The notes under the pieces were generated by a model. That model had not been told where the DNA came from and did no database searches. It was given only the letters and a program-made list of their open reading frames with translations. Shown piece by piece: positions 59,610 through 64,000 of a stretch of DNA of 64,000 bases. The position numbers and the translations under genes were made by a program. The stretch is from Hydrolagus colliei (Eukaryota): NCBI GenBank assembly GCA_035084275.1, contig CM068771.1, positions 5,084,001 through 5,148,000 on the forward strand, in the 5' to 3' direction. Numbering within the stretch: the stretch's first letter is position 1; every line of letters begins with the position of its first letter.

Positions 59610-59688
59610 AACATGTGTTCGAATCCAGGCAGGTCAGGGTGAAACCTTGGGCAAGTTTCCTTACTCCACACACACACACACACACTCG

Positions 59689-59723
<35 letters not shown>

Positions 59724-59935
59724 GCGCGCCTAATAATAATCCCTCAAAAAAAAACACGATAATAAAAATTGGTCATTTCAATCCACGCCTGTTTGTGGGG
59801 GACGCTGCTGTGCAATTGGCTGCCGCGTTTCGCCCACAAATATACAGTCACTTCACTTTACAGTCTATTCTGTGAAGCGCTTTGAGACGTCAATAAGATG
59901 CGAAAAGCGCTGTACCATATGCAAGGCTTATTGTT
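59610..59935 (+). mobile_element. SINE2 copy, head truncated
   Basis: Starts at B box; (CA)n expansion internal. Confidence 0.82.
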
Positions 59936-60348
59936 ATTGAATAGAATGTACTGTAAAGTAATTTGACTATATTTTGTGGGGTTGGAGCATTCATTCAGGT
60001 TACATAAGGTACGTTTCCTTACTCCATCCCCCACACCCCCACCTCCCAAACCCCCAAACCCCCACAAACAACAACAACCTGCATTTATATACATCTCCTG
60101 ACATCGACGTGAAGATAAATTCTCTTTGACGGGAGAATTCTGCTGCCCCCAACTGGCTCTGAATAAGAATAACAATAAGAATAAGCCTTGCATTTGACAT
60201 AGCGCTTTTCGCATCTTATCGACGTCTCAAAGCGCTTCACAGAATACCCTGTCAAGTGCAGTGACTGTATGTTCGTGGGCGAAACGCGGCAGCCAACAGC
60301 CGTGGATTGAAAATGACCAATTTTATTATTGTGTTCTTTTTGGACAGA

Positions 60349-61817
60349 NNNNNNNNNNNNNNNNNNNNNNNNNNNNNNNNNNNNNNNNNNNNNNNNNNNN
60401 NNNNNNNNNNNNNNNNNNNNNNNNNNNNNNNNNNNNNNNNNNNNNNNNNNNNNNNNNNNNNNNNNNNNNNNNNNNNNNNNNNGATGCATGGAGTTCTCAG
60501 CTGGGTTTGGAGAATTTTTTTAATCGACGGTGACGGGTTTCCACGTGAAAAAAAGTGCTCTTTAACCNNNNNNNNNNNNNNNNNNNNNNNNNNNNNNNNN
60601 NNNNNNNNNNNNNNNNNNNNNNNNNNNNNNNNNNNNNNNNNNNNNNNNNNNNNNNNNNNNNNNNNNNNNNNNNNNNNNNNNNNNNNNNNNNNNNNNNNNN
60701 NNNNNNNNNNNNNNNNNNNNNNNNNNNNNNNNNNNNNNNNNNNNNNNNNNNNNNNNNNNNNNNNNNNNNNNNNNNNNNNNNNNNNNNNNNNNNNNNNGTG
60801 TGTATTTTTGCGNNNNNNNNNNNNNNNNNNNNNNNNNNNNNNNNNNNNNNNNNNNNNNNNNNNNNNNNNNNNNNNNNNNNNNNNNNNNNNNNNNNNNNNN
60901 NNNNNNNNNNNNNNNNNNNNNNNNNNNNNNNNNNNNNNNNNNNNNNNNNNNNNNNNNNNNNNNNNNNNNNNNNNNNNNNNNNNNNNNNNNNNNNNNNNNN
61001 NNNNNNNNNNNNNNNNNNNNNNNNNNNNNNNNNNGGAACTTCTCTCTCTGGGGTTTCGTCGTGAGTGGGAATCAGACGGGGTCCGTTGGCTTGCGATGGC
61101 GAGCGCGCCAGGCCAGATACGCCTTACGCGCGGGGAGCGATGCGATGAAACTCCAACGGAACGCAAACTCCTTCGTTTCTACTGGAAGCTCGGACCCTTT
61201 ATTGCTGGAACAATTGCCGGCAGACAAACGCAAACGCCCTTCCCAAAACGCAGTCCGATTTCACCGCGCTTTTCCAATGGTTTGTGCAGAGTAATAACAC
61301 AGGCTTGTGTTAGATACAGCAACAACAGCCACAACAAAATGACACTTGTATCACCCCTTTCACGTTCAGGAGGACGTCCCAAGGCTCTGACAGTCACTGC
61401 TTCAGTTGCCGATGGATCCATCGAAGAGGAAAGTCTGGAGGCGAGATTTGAAGGAGGCCAGGGAGGGGGCGAGGCGGAGGGACTGAGGGATGGAGTTCCA
61501 GAGGTTGGGGGTGAAGGCTGAAGGCTCGCCGGCAATGGTGGGGTGGGTGGGTGGGTGGGTCGGGGGGACGGGGAGCAGGCNNNNNNNNNNNNNNNNNNNN
61601 NNNNNNNNNNNNNNNNNNNNNNNNNNNNNNNNNNNNNNNNNNNNNNNNNNNNNNNNNNNNNNNNNNNNNNNNNNNNNNNNNNNNNNNNNNNNNNNNNNNN
61701 NNNNNNNNNNNNNNNNNNNNNNNNNNNNNNNNNNNNNNNNNNNNNNNNNNNNNNNNNNNNNNNNNNNNNNNNNNNNNNNNNNNNNNNNNNNNNNNNNNNN
61801 NNNNNNNNNNNNNNNNG
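60349..61817. other. Cluster of four assembly gaps
   Basis: N runs at about 60349-60482, 60568-60797, 60813-61034 and 61581-61817. Confidence 1.
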
Positions 61818-61846
61818 ACCGACTGACGGAGGGAGGGAAGGAGGCA

Positions 61847-61900
61847 CGAACGAACGAACGAACGAACGAACGAACGAACGAACGAACGAATGAACGAACG
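61847..61900. repeat. (GAAC)n microsatellite
   Basis: Direct reading. Confidence 0.9.
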
Positions 61901-62754
61901 ACATGAAGTCAGTGGTAAACGGTGCCGATCTTCCCCGACCACCTGACTCTCTGTGTGTGTGTTTGTCTGGGTTCCACGGATCCCGTTCGTGATCTTTCTG
62001 CGCTAGGAACGTTTCGCGACCACCTGATTTTCATAAATCACATCTAAACAAAAGAGCAACAGAGAGAGAGAGAGAGGGAGTAAGAGTAACAAGCCTAACA
62101 CTAGCATAGGATCACTAGCATAATAAGGAATTATTAAAAAACACTAACACTAATAATAATCCTCACATTTGATACAGCGCCTTCACAAGCCACTGAAACG
62201 TCTCAAAGTGCTTCACTGAATATATCGCAAAGTGGAGTGACTGCATATTTTGTGGGCGAAACGCAGCAGCCAATTGCGCAAGGCAGCGTCTCCCCCCCCC
62301 CCCACCACCCCCCCCACGCCACAAACAGTCGTGGATTGAAGTAACCCATTTATTATTGTGGAGGGGTTTCCTTGAGGGATTATTATCAGCCGTGGGGAGT
62401 GAGGAAATTCACGACGGACGGCGTCTCGGAGCGCTTCACAATAACGGATCCCGGGGACCGAGCCAGGGGCGGTGGGGGGAGTGGGGGGGGGGGGGGGGGG
62501 GGGAGAGGAGAGAGGCGGGGGGGAGAAAGGTGACCGAAGGCGCGGTCGAAGAGAAAGGTCTTTAGCTGAGACCTGGAACTGGGAAGAGAGAAGTGGGGGG
62601 GGGGGGGGGGGGGGAGGAGAGGAGAGGCGAAGGGAGTGAGGGAGGGAGGGAGTTCCAGAGCCTCGGGGAGTAGTGGCTGACGGGGGGGGGGGGGGGGGGG
62701 GGGCCAAGGGCTGGGGCTAATGGGGGAGTGGGGTTTGGTGCGGGTGAGGCTTAC

Positions 62755-62890
62755 CATTTCGACGGGAGACTTGCTTCGCTCGTTTCTTCGCCCATTTGCA
62801 ACCGACGAGGATCAGGACAATGTAGCCCAGATACCCAGGGAACCCGGCGTATCCCAAATACCCATAGTCCACCTCCGCAGGCGGCCGGAG
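62755..62890 (-). CDS. Candidate TM exon of an upstream (fourth) gene
   Basis: Long pyrimidine tract + cag acceptor, gtaagc donor; GYLGYIVLILVGCKWAKKRAKQVSRRN (hydrophobic then basic); length 136 is not phase-symmetric. Confidence 0.35.
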
Positions 62891-63124
62891 CTGGGTGACA
62901 ACAGGAGAAGCAGAGAGAACATCGAAAGTCGGCCATCGCATCTTATCGACGTCCCAAAAGCGCTTCGCAGAATAGGTCCTGCAAAGCGAAGTGACTGGAT
63001 ATACTCTAACCACTGAGCTCCAGGGATGTCCTCCCGACGTGAAAGACGCGATACAAGTGTTGTTGTTGTTGTTGTTGTTGTTGTCGTAGACGTGGATGGG
63101 TGAGCAGCGTCGTTCCCCCCCCCC

Positions 63125-63161
<37 letters not shown>

Positions 63162-63321
63162 ACTGCCACCCCAAACAGGATCGAAGTGACCAATGCAGTA
63201 TGGTTTTTCGGGGAGGATTATCATCGGGCGTGTGGAGTAAGGAAGCTGGAATCAAAGTCTCTCGTCTGCAAGTAGCTCTCACCGCTGAGCTAACAGGAAT
63301 CCGCGAGCGGTAAGTCGACAT

Positions 63322-64000
63322 CAGGCCCGTACGCAGGGGGGGGGGGGGTGCAACGGGTGAGTACGCACCCCCCCCAAATTATAAAAGGTCCACATTTTCC
63401 GGGGTAGAGAATTGTATTTTTATCAAATTTAAATACCAAGTAAATTTATTGAACATTTGTGTCACAATTAATTCTTCAAAACTAGGTATGACTTATAAAT
63501 ACACATCTTTGAATGATTTGGTATTAATATAAAATGACTCGCACACCAGAATCGGCGTCTACCCCAAAACATAGATAGACGCGCTAGTCAATGACGCGGC
63601 GAGTCTGTGACTCACCGCGACTCAAATCCATCCTCGTTTGGAATCATCCCGTAAACAGCCACAAAGGCAGCACCACTTCTGGAAGTTAAAATCATCTTTT
63701 CATCTGATCACCGTAAGTAAAAATCACTCACGTTTTGAGAGGTGTGACTGTAATGCTAGCAAACAATGGCAACATATTTACAAGCTTCTGAGAAATTAAA
63801 GCTTTTGAGAACCCAACAAAAAAGTTATATGTGTCTGGACGGGAATGCCTATCTTTAAAAGAAATACTCATGGACGTAGGCCTAATGCTTTAGCGCCTAT
63901 TCCACGTGGTGTGTCAATCGGAAATCATCCCGTATACAGTCACTACATAAAAAGGTTGCACCACTTTGTGGAAGCTGAAATCGTATTTTAATCTGATAAA
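63322..64000. mobile_element. Possible left end of a hAT-like DNA element running off the window
   Basis: CAGGCCCGTACGCAGG...GGGTGCAACGGGTG...GCACCCCCC terminus style interrupting a SINE head; ~75-bp internal direct repeat (63637 and 63920). Other end not visible. Confidence 0.35.

Noticed and set aside
60085-61942. ORFs containing X runs
   Set aside because: Artefacts of N gaps.
1-64000. CRISPR arrays, rRNA or prokaryotic systems
   Set aside because: Eukaryotic intron-exon DNA; tandem repeats lack unique spacers.

Overview
Vertebrate genomic DNA, intron-rich and repeat-dense, with five N-gaps. The repeat content (young CR1 and L2 LINEs plus abundant Deu-type tRNA-derived SINEs) suggests a cartilaginous fish (inference). 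Manual splice-site reconstruction shows a tandem array of three minus-strand paralogous genes: A 2717-14392, B 15537-32015 and C ~45177-59210. A fourth may start at the right edge. Each encodes a signal peptide, a disulfide-less CD2/CEACAM-type IgV domain, an IgC2 domain, FIVE single-TM exons (all phase 1) and a short basic tail. This is a CD47-like pentaspanning Ig receptor with a two-domain ectodomain that I cannot assign to a named family. All three keep an extra Cys in the C2 EF loop and a Cys in the TM4-TM5 loop, consistent with a CD47-style long-range disulfide. Also present: a candidate 68-aa three-exon plus-strand gene, an extra IgV-like exon, a near-intact pogo/Passer (DD35D) transposon, two young CR1 copies, hAT and Tigger MITEs, a modular minisatellite and a templated local duplication. 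No database searches were run; family assignments rest on motif recognition.
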